Shown here one piece after another: positions 9,421 to 18,775 of a stretch of 64,000 nucleotides of DNA. A program made the translations under genes and the position numbers. Positions within the stretch are counted from its first letter, which is position 1. Every line of letters starts with the position of its first letter. A model generated the notes under the pieces. The model had not been told where the DNA came from, ran no database searches, and was given only the letters and a program-made list of their open reading frames with translations. The stretch is taken from positions 62,001-126,000 of the IMG/VR virus record IMGVR_UViG_3300036770_008729, one strand, 5' to 3'.

Positions 9421-9818
9421 AATTTTACTATGATAATAATATAGGATATGAATGCTCCTGGAAAAATAATCTGAAAGGTGGTTATAATTCTTGGTCCAAT
9501 ATGGAATTTGCTAAAATTAAAGTAAGAATACCTATTAGTCTATACAGAAAGATTCTATTTGACTTAAAAGAATATGATGGTGACGATCCTACTTTAGAAT
9601 TTAAGATTTATAAATTTAAAAATGAGGAAGTAGATTGGGGAACTTATTCAACAAACGATGCTGAACTTTGGAAATACATTGCTATCATAGAAAGAATATC
9701 TTATTCATCGGAATTTAATGATAATACTGTTATGGCTCAAATTGAATGTTTAATTCAATATAATGATAAGTGTAATAAGTCAGAGTTAAGAGATGTGATT
9801 TTAAGTGAGTTGATATGA
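9417..9818 (+). CDS. hypothetical protein with RDVILSEL tail
   Basis: 133 aa ORF, coupled to neighbours. Confidence 0.7.
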   Translation: MKFYYDNNIGYECSWKNNLKGGYNSWSNMEFAKIKVRIPISLYRKILFDLKEYDGDDPTLEFKIYKFKNEEVDWGTYSTNDAELWKYIAIIERISYSSEFNDNTVMAQIECLIQYNDKCNKSELRDVILSELI

Positions 9819-10039
9819 ATTTACCAGATAGTATTCCACATAGTATAGATTGTCCTTGTGGACAAATTGCTAATTTAGAATGGCAGTATCCAAGTGCTCT
9901 TCATAAATATCTATCTTATTATTGTAAGGATTGTAAAAATTCATTCACAACAACTTCATCTGATGAGGTATCAATGTGTATTTTCAATTCTAAGAAAAGA
10001 AGTCTTAAACGAAAAAATAAAATTAAAAAAATTATATGA
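9815..10039 (+). CDS. zinc-ribbon-like protein with RKNKIKKII tail
   Basis: CPCG...CKDC cysteine pairs. Confidence 0.65.
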   Translation: MNLPDSIPHSIDCPCGQIANLEWQYPSALHKYLSYYCKDCKNSFTTTSSDEVSMCIFNSKKRSLKRKNKIKKII

Positions 10040-10052
10040 TGCTTTTAAAAGC

Positions 10053-10083
10053 GAAAAACAGGAGTAGCGAATTCCTGTTTTTC
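10053..10083. terminator. inverted repeat, likely terminator
   Basis: gaaaaacagga-gtagcgaat-tcctgtttttc, 11 bp perfect stem after ORF 9815-10039. Confidence 0.6.
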
Positions 10084-10221
10084 TATAGCCATAGCCATAC
10101 CGGTCCCAAAAGGGGCATACTAGCCCACCGGTTAAAATTATATATTAAAAATTAAACTTCCGTAAAAATAAAAAGTAAAAAGAAAAGAAAGGCAAATAAA
10201 TGTTTAACTTAAAACCAAACA

Positions 10222-10533
10222 ATGGTGAAGAACGAAATCAAAATTGAGTTGTCAAACTCAGAAACCTTAAAATCAATTTTTGAAAAAGCTTACTTTGAAG
10301 AAGGAATTCAGGGTAAAATTATTGGAAAAAATAACTACATTACAATCATACCAGAAGATGATATTAATTGGACTATTTTTAAAGGTCTAAATAATGTTAC
10401 TGTTAAAATTACAAACGAAATCATCGATGGTGCTGCTCGATTCTTAATCGATGATACACATGATACTGAAATAAGATTATATCCTATTTCTATCTATTGT
10501 ATCAAAGAAGAAGATAGATATATCTTTTATTAA
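10222..10533 (+). CDS. hypothetical protein
   Basis: 103 aa ORF with a long A-rich leader. Confidence 0.7.
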   Translation: MVKNEIKIELSNSETLKSIFEKAYFEEGIQGKIIGKNNYITIIPEDDINWTIFKGLNNVTVKITNEIIDGAARFLIDDTHDTEIRLYPISIYCIKEEDRYIFY

Positions 10534-10548
10534 AAACAAAATTACCCT

Positions 10549-11625
10549 ATGATAAACTTTGACTTTAATGATATACTGATTACACCTGCTGTTACCTCAA
10601 CAATCAGAAGTAGAAAAGAAATAAATCCCTACTATCAAACAGAGAGTAATTGGCTTCCTATTATAGTATCACCAATGGATACTGTAATTGGTCTTGATAA
10701 TTGGAAATTATTTCTAGACCAAAAAATGCCAATCTGTTTTCCACGAGGTATCAGACCAGAAAATATCAAAGAAGAAGACCAACAATTACTCAACATTTTT
10801 GGTAGTTCTATTTTCTTTTCATATTCATTAGATGAAACGGCTGATTTAGTTAGATTGTTAAATGAAAATCCTAAATTAGACCTTTACCACAATATCTTAA
10901 TTGATATTGCTAATGGTCACATGCAACACATGGTAGATGTTGTTAGAGATCTTAAGAAAAGAACAAAAGTCAAAGTTATGGTTGGTAACATCGCCAATCC
11001 TCTTACCTATCAAACTTTATCTGAAGCGGGTGCTGATTATGTTAGAGTTGGTATTGGATTTGGTGGTGGTTGCCTCACTGCTATGAATACTGGTATTGGT
11101 TATTCAATGGCATCACTTATTGATAAATGTGACCAAGTAAAAAAGAACTTAAAAGGTAAAGGTAAAAGTTATGCGGCTATTGTAGGTGATGGTGGTTTTA
11201 GAGAATACTCAGATATCATCAAAGCTTTAGCTTTAGGAGCTGATTATGTTATGTTAGGATCAATGTTGAATAAATGTTTAGAATCCAGTGGTCAGACATA
11301 TTTAAATTGTAAATTTTTTAGAATACCAGTATTTGGAGAAGTTGCAAAATATCTTTACAAAAGAAAATTCAAATTGGAAAAGAAGTTCAGAGGTATGTCT
11401 ACAAAAGAAGTTCAGAAGAAGTGGGGTAAAGAAAAACTTACCACTTCGGAAGGTGTTGTTAGATTAAGAACTGTGAAATATACTCTTTCTGGATGGAGAG
11501 AAAATTTTGAAGATTATTTGAAATCTTCAATGTCTTATACCAATTCAAGAGACTTAAAAAGTTTCGTTGGTGAGGTTGAATGGACTTTAATATCTCAGAA
11601 TGCATTTTTGAGATTTAATAAATAA
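10549..11625 (+). CDS. GMP reductase / IMP dehydrogenase family oxidoreductase
   Basis: FNDILITP, SPMDTV, IDIANGH, VRVGIGFGGGCLT (catalytic Cys loop), GDGG...KALALGADYVMLGSML, RGMS, SEG; no CBS domains. Confidence 0.85.
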   Translation: MINFDFNDILITPAVTSTIRSRKEINPYYQTESNWLPIIVSPMDTVIGLDNWKLFLDQKMPICFPRGIRPENIKEEDQQLLNIFGSSIFFSYSLDETADLVRLLNENPKLDLYHNILIDIANGHMQHMVDVVRDLKKRTKVKVMVGNIANPLTYQTLSEAGADYVRVGIGFGGGCLTAMNTGIGYSMASLIDKCDQVKKNLKGKGKSYAAIVGDGGFREYSDIIKALALGADYVMLGSMLNKCLESSGQTYLNCKFFRIPVFGEVAKYLYKRKFKLEKKFRGMSTKEVQKKWGKEKLTTSEGVVRLRTVKYTLSGWRENFEDYLKSSMSYTNSRDLKSFVGEVEWTLISQNAFLRFNK

Positions 11626-11674
11626 ACTTAGTATGAATTTATTCATATAAAAAAAGTAAAAAACAAAAAAACAA

Positions 11675-11866
11675 ATGAAAAAAGGAACAGTAAAATTCTT
11701 TAACGAAACTAAAGGTTTTGGTTTTATTAAAGAAGAAAACGGGCAGGACATTTTTGTTCATGTGACCGGATTAAAAGATGAAATTCGTGAAAATGATGAA
11801 GTTGTCTTTGATGTAGAAGAAGGTAAAAAAGGATTAAACGCTATCAATGTAGCTTTAGCTAACTAA
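11675..11866 (+). CDS. csp: cold-shock protein (Bacteroidota-type)
   Basis: GTVKFFNETKGFGFI, DIFVHVTGL, GKKGLNAINV. Confidence 0.95.
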   Translation: MKKGTVKFFNETKGFGFIKEENGQDIFVHVTGLKDEIRENDEVVFDVEEGKKGLNAINVALAN

Positions 11867-11887
11867 ATATATTCTTGTTACAAAAAG

Positions 11888-11914
11888 AAAAACCCACCAA
11901 TTGGTGGGTTTTTT
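11888..11914. terminator. bidirectional intrinsic terminator
   Basis: aaaaacccacca-at-tggtgggtttttt between convergent genes. Confidence 0.85.
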
Positions 11915-11932
11915 ATTTATCGTGAGTATAGG

Positions 11933-12736
11933 TCACTTTTTCACCATAAAGAAGAACGAACTTGTTGATTGGCCTTTAATTTCTTCCTCCACTTCTTTAA
12001 CTTCTTCTTTACCTTGCGTAACAAGATCTGCGGCCTGTATTTTCACGCCACCTGGTAAGGTAAAGTCGTACCTTCCTACCATATTTCCTAAACTTATCTT
12101 AGAATAACCTACAACATATTTAAAGAAAAGATCATCTCTAAATAGATTTTCACGTGGTATATTAGCATAAGCCTCCATAACTACATCGTATTCAACTTTG
12201 GTCAATATATGTATTCTATGATTTAGTTGATTAAATTGATATTTAAGTGTATATTTATTCAACTGATTCATCATATCAGACATATTATCTAATAAGGTTT
12301 TATAAACACCTAACTCACCTATGGTTGTAACATAAGAAGAAAGATAAGGTTGATTAGTAACACCTAAGTTTACTGATAAATTTGGAGTATTAATACCTAA
12401 TTGAAATAAGTTAATATTTCTAACTTCATAAAGATAAACTACTGACTGAATTTCACACGGAACATTTACATAATTCCACTTTGTAAACTCTTCAGAATAA
12501 AATGCTTCTTTTTTGATTAAAAAATACATTTTCTGAACTGCATATTGATACCATCTATAAAAATAAGGAAGTGCTCTTGTTTCAACAATTTGTCTGATTG
12601 TAGCATCTGGTAGAGTTCTTGGTAGAGAGCAATTGACGGTTAACTCATTTTGAATAAAATCAATTAACTCTTCGATTGTGTAACCACCTTGATAAGGAAC
12701 ATAATCGGCATTACCATAACCATTATAATCAGCCAT
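11933..12736 (-). CDS. T4 gp13-like neck (head completion) protein
   Basis: C-terminal KISLGNMVGRYDFTLPGGVKI...GKEEVKEVEEEI resembles gp13; upstream TATAAATA (12742-12749) and AATATATA (12757-12764). Confidence 0.7.
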   Translation of the reverse strand: MADYNGYGNADYVPYQGGYTIEELIDFIQNELTVNCSLPRTLPDATIRQIVETRALPYFYRWYQYAVQKMYFLIKKEAFYSEEFTKWNYVNVPCEIQSVVYLYEVRNINLFQLGINTPNLSVNLGVTNQPYLSSYVTTIGELGVYKTLLDNMSDMMNQLNKYTLKYQFNQLNHRIHILTKVEYDVVMEAYANIPRENLFRDDLFFKYVVGYSKISLGNMVGRYDFTLPGGVKIQAADLVTQGKEEVKEVEEEIKGQSTSSFFFMVKK

Positions 12737-12781
12737 AAAAATATTTATATTTTAGGTATATATTAAAAAACTTTTAGACAA

Positions 12782-13114
12782 TTATCTTAAAAGCCAATCA
12801 CCACATTTAATTTGTTTGTAGTTTGATACATCGTCTTTCCACTCGTATATCCAACATTCGATGTCATTTGATGTAATTATCTTAGTTCTGATATATTCTG
12901 GTCCTTCAAAATCATCTAATTCTGGGAATATTTCTGGATTAACTAAATAAACATCACCCCATACTTTACCATTACCTTTTCTGATAAAACCGGGATAAAA
13001 ATCATTTACTTGATACATTGAACCAGTGATATAAGTTTTACCGCAAAACTTGGCATCTTTAAGAAGAGTTTTTCCGATATCTCTAAATACTCCGTAAACG
13101 AATAAATGTTCCAT
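12782..13114 (-). CDS. gamma-glutamylcyclotransferase (GGCT/AIG2-like)
   Basis: LFVYGVFR, YPGF, VWGDVY, LDDFEG, WIYEW. Confidence 0.85.
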   Translation of the reverse strand: MEHLFVYGVFRDIGKTLLKDAKFCGKTYITGSMYQVNDFYPGFIRKGNGKVWGDVYLVNPEIFPELDDFEGPEYIRTKIITSNDIECWIYEWKDDVSNYKQIKCGDWLLR

Positions 13115-13125
13115 ATAGTATATAT

Positions 13126-13818
13126 TTATTTTATATATGAGCTATCTATTTCAAATCCTATAAAATTTCGATTTAATTCTTTTGCTTTGCTTGCTGTGGT
13201 TCCACTTCCCATAAATGGATCTAAAACTAAATCATCTTCTTCAGTTGTTAATTTGATACAAAGTTCTGGTATAAGTGGATGAAAAGGTGCGGGATGACCG
13301 GATTGTTTGATTGGTGGAATATCCCAAACTTCACTCTTGAATTCTTTAGGTAGATTATCTTTGAATACTTTAGGCTTTTCTTTTACTAGCCAGAAGATAT
13401 ATTCGGTGGTTGGTGTCAATATATCTTTTCTGATATTTGGTGAGTTTTTTCTATTCCAAATTATTATTTGATATAGTTTGAAATTGGTATCTCTAACTAG
13501 TTCATATGGATTGTAAGCGATATTTTTGTTTCTTCTAACTTTATGATTGTAGAACATTGAACCATCTGGCTTTAGTATTCTATGACATTCGTTTAAAATT
13601 TCTTTTTGCCAATTAGTATAATCTTCCTCATTCATATCATCACCATAAGTTGAGTAATCGATATTAAATTTAGACCAGATTTGATTTCCTATTTTCTTTT
13701 TACCACTTAGTCCTTTTTTGTTATAAGGTGGTGATGTGATGATAGTATTAATTGAATTATCTGAAATATTTTTCATTCCAGATAAACAATCTAAATTATG
13801 AATTTTATTAATTTCCAA
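13126..13818 (-). CDS. DNA methyltransferase (N6-A/N4-C, beta class)
   Basis: TSPPYN, HPAPF, VLDPFMGSGTT, FIGFEID. Confidence 0.92.
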   Translation of the reverse strand: MEINKIHNLDCLSGMKNISDNSINTIITSPPYNKKGLSGKKKIGNQIWSKFNIDYSTYGDDMNEEDYTNWQKEILNECHRILKPDGSMFYNHKVRRNKNIAYNPYELVRDTNFKLYQIIIWNRKNSPNIRKDILTPTTEYIFWLVKEKPKVFKDNLPKEFKSEVWDIPPIKQSGHPAPFHPLIPELCIKLTTEEDDLVLDPFMGSGTTASKAKELNRNFIGFEIDSSYIK

Positions 13819-14895
13819 TTAAGCATTAAAGTTTTTAGAATTTTTCAATTTCTCTAAAATTGATTTTTCTTCTAAATTAATACTTTTAGGTATAGAAATT
13901 GAAATCTTTACAAATAAGTCACCAAGTCCTAAATTGATATCGGGAACTCCTTTACCTGTTAGTCTTATTACTTTGCCGTGATGTGTTCCTGGTTCTATTG
14001 TTATTGAAACTTCTCCATGTGGAGTTTTAACTTTTAGGTTTGCTCCAATGATGGCATCAATAACTGAGATATTCTTTTCAACAATTATATTATTCTGTTC
14101 TCTGGTAAAATAAAATTCTCTAATTTCTTCAACTACAATTTGTAAATTACCTGGAACACCATCTTTTATATGATTTCCATACCCGGTCATATTAAGTTGC
14201 ATTCCATTAGAAACTCCAATTGGAATTTCTACTTCTATTGTTTCTTCTCTTAATTGTGTACCGTCACCATAACATTGACCACATTTATTTTTGACTTGTT
14301 TGCCGGCACCGCCACAATCAGGACAAGTTGTAGTTTGTCTTATTTGACCAAATGGTGTATTTTGAACAACTGTTCTATTTCCCGATCCACCACAAGGTAA
14401 ACAATCTCTAGTATCAGTTCCACCCTTTCCATTACAAGAGTTACAACTGTATTGTCTTTTATATTTTAATTTCTTCTTACAACCTTTAATAATTTCATCA
14501 ATTGTAAGTGAGACTTTTATTCTTAAATCGGCACCTCTTGCTTGAGGTCTTTGTTGATAGTTTCTATTCCTATTTCCGAAACCACCACCGAATATGTCTC
14601 CAAATTGACTGAAGATATCATCCATGTTAAATCCATGTCCTTGTCCGCCAAATGGATTACCTCCTCCAAATGGATTACCATCAGCTGTTCCAAATCTGTC
14701 ATAATTAGCTCTTTTTTGAGAGTCTGACAAAACATCATATGCTTCGGCTGCTTCTTTAAATTTAGATTCTGCATCAGGATTTCCTGGATTTCGGTCAGGA
14801 TGGTATTGCATAGCCATCTTACGGTAGGCTTTCTTTATTTCATCTTCTGATGAACCTTTGTTAACTCCTAATATATTGTAGTAATCTTTACTCAT
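13819..14895 (-). CDS. dnaJ: DnaJ chaperone
   Basis: J domain DYYNILGV...HPD, G/F region, four CxxCxGxG zinc repeats, C-terminal domain. Confidence 0.96.
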   Translation of the reverse strand: MSKDYYNILGVNKGSSEDEIKKAYRKMAMQYHPDRNPGNPDAESKFKEAAEAYDVLSDSQKRANYDRFGTADGNPFGGGNPFGGQGHGFNMDDIFSQFGDIFGGGFGNRNRNYQQRPQARGADLRIKVSLTIDEIIKGCKKKLKYKRQYSCNSCNGKGGTDTRDCLPCGGSGNRTVVQNTPFGQIRQTTTCPDCGGAGKQVKNKCGQCYGDGTQLREETIEVEIPIGVSNGMQLNMTGYGNHIKDGVPGNLQIVVEEIREFYFTREQNNIIVEKNISVIDAIIGANLKVKTPHGEVSITIEPGTHHGKVIRLTGKGVPDINLGLGDLFVKISISIPKSINLEEKSILEKLKNSKNFNA

Positions 14896-14917
14896 AATCT
14901 TTTTATTATATCAAATT

Positions 14918-15232
14918 TTATGCCAATATTTTATTTAATTTTGACTCTCTATATATTTGTTTGACTGTATCTGTGAGTTTGATAAAAACCCATTTATTAT
15001 ATCTAATCTTAAAATCATCATTCATTACTAATGCCTGCATAATAGGAAGTTCATCTACTAGTTCTTTGAATATTTTATTTGCATCTTCTAACTTCCATTC
15101 AGCCATCTCACTCAATCTTTTGCAAAAATGATTCATAAATGGAGTTGCTGTATCAATTACAGTTTTAAGATATTTATCATTTCTATAGGTATCTGGTGCC
15201 CATTCACTTATTTCAACATACCAGGTAATCAC
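14918..15232 (-). CDS. hypothetical protein with RESKLNKIL tail
   Basis: 104 aa ORF in grpE-dnaJ run. Confidence 0.7.
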   Translation of the reverse strand: MITWYVEISEWAPDTYRNDKYLKTVIDTATPFMNHFCKRLSEMAEWKLEDANKIFKELVDELPIMQALVMNDDFKIRYNKWVFIKLTDTVKQIYRESKLNKILA

Positions 15233-15732
15233 TTTACTATCTTAGTAATTTTTTTATCTCTTATTTCTTCCAATATATTTTGAGATTCTATACATTTTCT
15301 AATTGATTTAGCAACATAGTTATCTACAATTAGTGTTAGAGTTTCAAGAGTTCTATCTAACTCATCGAAATGAAATAATGATGTTTTAACCTTTGGTATC
15401 ATAATCAATAGGTAATCTATGAATTCATCAATATCAAAAGATAATCGATATAATTCTTTTTGATAATCTGTTAATATCTCTGGAGTTTCAATGAAAAACT
15501 TTGCCCAAACTCTTCTAATAGAAGGTAAAATTAAATCTAAAAAATCATCATCACTTTCATAGAATGAACCCTGGAATATATCATCTTCGAATAGATGCAG
15601 TTTCTTATCTAAGACATAGTTTAATATATTCTTTAGTGATTCGGAGTTTCTTACACCTGAACAAACTGAATCTATAACAATTAATCTATATTGTTCATCA
15701 TCTCTGATGGCGAAGATGTTAGCGTGTTTCAT
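15229..15732 (-). CDS. hypothetical protein with RDKKITKIV tail
   Basis: 167 aa ORF, coupled to neighbours. Confidence 0.7.
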   Translation of the reverse strand: MKHANIFAIRDDEQYRLIVIDSVCSGVRNSESLKNILNYVLDKKLHLFEDDIFQGSFYESDDDFLDLILPSIRRVWAKFFIETPEILTDYQKELYRLSFDIDEFIDYLLIMIPKVKTSLFHFDELDRTLETLTLIVDNYVAKSIRKCIESQNILEEIRDKKITKIVK

Positions 15733-16205
15733 TTACCTAAAATGATTTTCGGATATCTAAATGGTTTTCCATTTAATGAATAACCTTTACCTACTACATC
15801 AATGATTTTAGATTCACCAACTTCCATAACAGAAATTACTTCATGTAAATCCTCATCATATGTTTCTGTTTGAATTTCTTCAATACCTTGACTTTTTAAG
15901 AAACTTTGTAGTTTTGTAGATATAAGGTCTAGACCTTTTTTTGCTTCATCATTTTTAACTGACTTTATTGCGAAAGTTAAATCGTTATCCATATCTAAAA
16001 GTGAAGTAAGCATTTTAACTTTTGTATTAGATACAAGTTCTTCTTTTTCTTTAACAACTCTTCTTTTATAATTGTCAAAATCAGCATAAAGAAGAAGATA
16101 TTTTTTCTCAGATTCGGATAATTTTTGTTCTAATTCTTTATGTTTTTCTAATAATTCATCAAAAGGAGTTACGACTTTCTCCGTGTTTTCAGTATTTTCT
16201 TCCAT
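15729..16205 (-). CDS. grpE: GrpE nucleotide exchange factor
   Basis: ADFDNYKRR, DEDLHEVI, KGYSLNGKPFR. Confidence 0.9.
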   Translation of the reverse strand: MEENTENTEKVVTPFDELLEKHKELEQKLSESEKKYLLLYADFDNYKRRVVKEKEELVSNTKVKMLTSLLDMDNDLTFAIKSVKNDEAKKGLDLISTKLQSFLKSQGIEEIQTETYDEDLHEVISVMEVGESKIIDVVGKGYSLNGKPFRYPKIILGK

Positions 16206-16208
16206 AAA

Positions 16209-16694
16209 TTAATAATTGAATTTTAAAAGTTTTTTTACGTTATTTGAATTGTAGAATTCATAAGTTACATTCTTATCTACAATTTTATGTATATCTAATT
16301 TATCTATTTCTATTTTTATAGCATCAATATATTCAATTAACTCTTTAAGAGCTTTGGCGTAAGTTGAGCTTGGTTCCCAATAATCAGGAAACTTATCTAC
16401 AAACTTCTCAACAGCAGAATCGAAAGTCCTTTTTCTAACAAGTAATAAATCTTTTTCTTTAATTGATTTGTTGGTTAAAAATTCCATGACATAAGTATTG
16501 AATCTATGAATAAGATTATCAGTTTCAATTACTTTCAAAAGACCCATAACAAGAGCATCTCTTTCAGATATTTCTAATTCTTTATTTTCTTTTAGTATTT
16601 TTTCGGCTTCTTTTTCAGAACCAACTATGTAGTAAACATAATTGTCCCATAAGCACCTTTTAACAATGTCTTCAGCATGCAGAGTTATTTTCAT
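16209..16694 (-). CDS. hypothetical protein
   Basis: 161 aa ORF heading the grpE-dnaJ-MTase run. Confidence 0.7.
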   Translation of the reverse strand: MKITLHAEDIVKRCLWDNYVYYIVGSEKEAEKILKENKELEISERDALVMGLLKVIETDNLIHRFNTYVMEFLTNKSIKEKDLLLVRKRTFDSAVEKFVDKFPDYWEPSSTYAKALKELIEYIDAIKIEIDKLDIHKIVDKNVTYEFYNSNNVKKLLKFNY

Positions 16695-16817
16695 GTATAA
16701 ATTTATTTTTTTATTTTATAGGTTTTTAATAAAAAAAGTTGATTTTTTCTAAAATTTATGAATATATAACTTACTCTAATTCTAAAGATTAGAGACAAAA
16801 AAAATAACTTATATGAA

Positions 16818-17051
16818 TTGAAGAAACTTGTAAATTCCGAAGTAGATACACCGACAGGTAAGGCTACTCTAAGCGAAATTTATGTCACTGAACTTGGTTT
16901 CATTATGGCTAAAATTTATTATCCTAAAACTAAAGCTTGGATAAATCACAAAATAGGAGATTTGGATAACCTTCTAAAAGATATAAATGTATCTACCAAG
17001 TCTGGAATTATGAGAAAAATGAAAATAGATTTTAAGAAAGAGTTGATTTAA
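16818..17051 (+). CDS. hypothetical protein (start uncertain)
   Basis: TTG start; nearest ATG at 16813 is out of frame; followed by terminator. Confidence 0.55.
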   Translation: MKKLVNSEVDTPTGKATLSEIYVTELGFIMAKIYYPKTKAWINHKIGDLDNLLKDINVSTKSGIMRKMKIDFKKELI

Positions 17052-17066
17052 TCAACTCTTTTTTTA
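17035..17066. terminator. intrinsic terminator between convergent genes
   Basis: aaagagttgat-tta-atcaactcttt followed by T-run. Confidence 0.75.
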
Positions 17067-17088
17067 TACATCGCTACTATTAGATCCT

Positions 17089-17511
17089 TTAAGCATTAAA
17101 ACCTGGTGGATCTATAAACAATTCTAAATTGGTGATATACCAATACTCTTCAAAGTCTTTTAATCTCTGTATATCAACTTTAAATCTATTCAATGATTCT
17201 AGAGATGTTCCCCAATAACCATAGGCATTTCCTTTACTACCATGTTTTTCTATAACATCTATCATTCTTAGAATAGTAGGTTTAACTTCAATCCAATAAG
17301 TAGATTTAGGGAAAATAAATTTGAATGTGTAAATTGCAATTCCATAGAATCTATCACACTCACACTTTACCTCACCTCCAGAAATAGGTTCATCTGTAAG
17401 TTCTCTACATATATCAACTAAATCTGAAAAAAGATTATCATTTAAATCTAAAAGATCTGGTCTAGTCAAAGTTAAAGATTCAAACTGATTATAACTTTTT
17501 ATTCTTTTCAT
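17089..17511 (-). CDS. CTS-like protein, apparent paralog of the 43714-47428 family
   Basis: MKRIKSYNQFES; LVDICRELTDE helix; AATATATA 5 nt upstream. Confidence 0.75.
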   Translation of the reverse strand: MKRIKSYNQFESLTLTRPDLLDLNDNLFSDLVDICRELTDEPISGGEVKCECDRFYGIAIYTFKFIFPKSTYWIEVKPTILRMIDVIEKHGSKGNAYGYWGTSLESLNRFKVDIQRLKDFEEYWYITNLELFIDPPGFNA

Positions 17512-17536
17512 ATTTTTATATATTAATAAAATTTAT

Positions 17537-17544
17537 TATATTTG
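17537..17544 (+). promoter_or_regulatory. TAnnTTTG element 4 nt before ATG 17549
   Basis: TATATTTG. Confidence 0.6.
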
Positions 17545-17548
17545 TGGT

Positions 17549-17965
17549 ATGATAAACGAAACAAAAATCAAACGCATACAGGATAAAATTAAGTTAGCAA
17601 TCTCCAAAATTGAACAAGAAGAAAATGTTAAAATTGATTTTAATTCTGTTAGATTTAATGTTGCTCAATACACAACTCAAATGTCGGTTAAAACATTAGA
17701 TAAGACTGAAAAGGTTGATAATGTCTTTAAAGCTATGTGTTCAAGGCTTGGTTTTACTCAAAATATTATTGGAATGAAATTTGACGGACCAAATGGTATT
17801 TACGAAATTATAGATATACAAACTAAAAATAGAAAGTATCCAGTAATTGCTGTTGCACCAAGTGGAACAAGGTATAAATACTCAGTTGCTCATATCAAAA
17901 AACTTATCGGTGGTGATAAGATTATAAATAGAAACGCAAATTTAGACAAACTAATAGATGGATAA
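17549..17965 (+). CDS. hypothetical protein with RNANLDKLI tail
   Basis: 138 aa ORF heading the adk-ligase run. Confidence 0.7.
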   Translation: MINETKIKRIQDKIKLAISKIEQEENVKIDFNSVRFNVAQYTTQMSVKTLDKTEKVDNVFKAMCSRLGFTQNIIGMKFDGPNGIYEIIDIQTKNRKYPVIAVAPSGTRYKYSVAHIKKLIGGDKIINRNANLDKLIDG

Positions 17966-18191
17966 TATATCATATAAAGTAGCAAATGGTAAACTCTATA
18001 AGCAATCTAAAGAACTAAATTTAGAATTTCTTTATGAGACTCAAGAAGATGTTTATTTTTGTTTAGAAAAAGATGATACTACTTATTATTTATCTGAGAG
18101 TTTAATCACCGGAAAGATTACTGTATCTGATGAGCATAGTAATGTATATCCTGGTGATAGAATGTTAAACTTACTTAAATTAAAAATATGA
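17958..18191 (+). CDS. hypothetical protein
   Basis: 77 aa, overlapping neighbours. Confidence 0.6.
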   Translation: MDNISYKVANGKLYKQSKELNLEFLYETQEDVYFCLEKDDTTYYLSESLITGKITVSDEHSNVYPGDRMLNLLKLKI

Positions 18192-18775
18192 ATATAATAA
18201 TACTTGGTCCTCCTGGTAGTGGTAAAGGAACCGTTTGTGAAAGACTTGTAAAAGATTTTGATTATCAACTAATCTGTGCTGGTGATATTTTAAGAAATGA
18301 AAAATCATCTGGTTCGGTTTTAGGTAACAAAATTGCCGAAATAATTGATAAAGGTAATTTAGTTCCTGATCAATTGATAACTTCTTTAATATTCAAAGAG
18401 TTTGAAAAACCAATTCGACTCGGTAGAAGTTACTTAATTGATGGATATCCAAGAACAGAAAAACAAGCTTTAGATTTAGACTCGATGATTAATGTCCCTA
18501 TTGTTATTTGGTTAGAAGTTTCAGATGAAACAACTATAAAAAGAAATTTGAAAAGAGGATTAACATCTGGGCGACCTGATGATGCAAATGAGGAAATTAT
18601 AAAACAAAGATTAGAGAATTATAAAAAACAATCCTTACCTTTGAAATCTTTCTATTCTGATATGATAGTAGAAATAGATGGAGAAGGAACAATTGAAGAG
18701 GTTTATAAAAGAGTAGTTGATACTCTTTTTGAAGATGTAAAAGAAATGAAAGATATTGAAGATATATTAGAATGA
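18188..18775 (+). CDS. adk: adenylate kinase (short LID)
   Basis: GPPGSGKGT P-loop, GNLVPD, DGYPR, RGLTSGRPDD. Confidence 0.92.
   Translation: MNIIILGPPGSGKGTVCERLVKDFDYQLICAGDILRNEKSSGSVLGNKIAEIIDKGNLVPDQLITSLIFKEFEKPIRLGRSYLIDGYPRTEKQALDLDSMINVPIVIWLEVSDETTIKRNLKRGLTSGRPDDANEEIIKQRLENYKKQSLPLKSFYSDMIVEIDGEGTIEEVYKRVVDTLFEDVKEMKDIEDILE

Noticed and set aside
16813-16821. Possible third frameshift (ATG-AAT-TGA upstream of ORF 16818)
   Set aside because: A TTG start explains the ORF equally well; no independent evidence.
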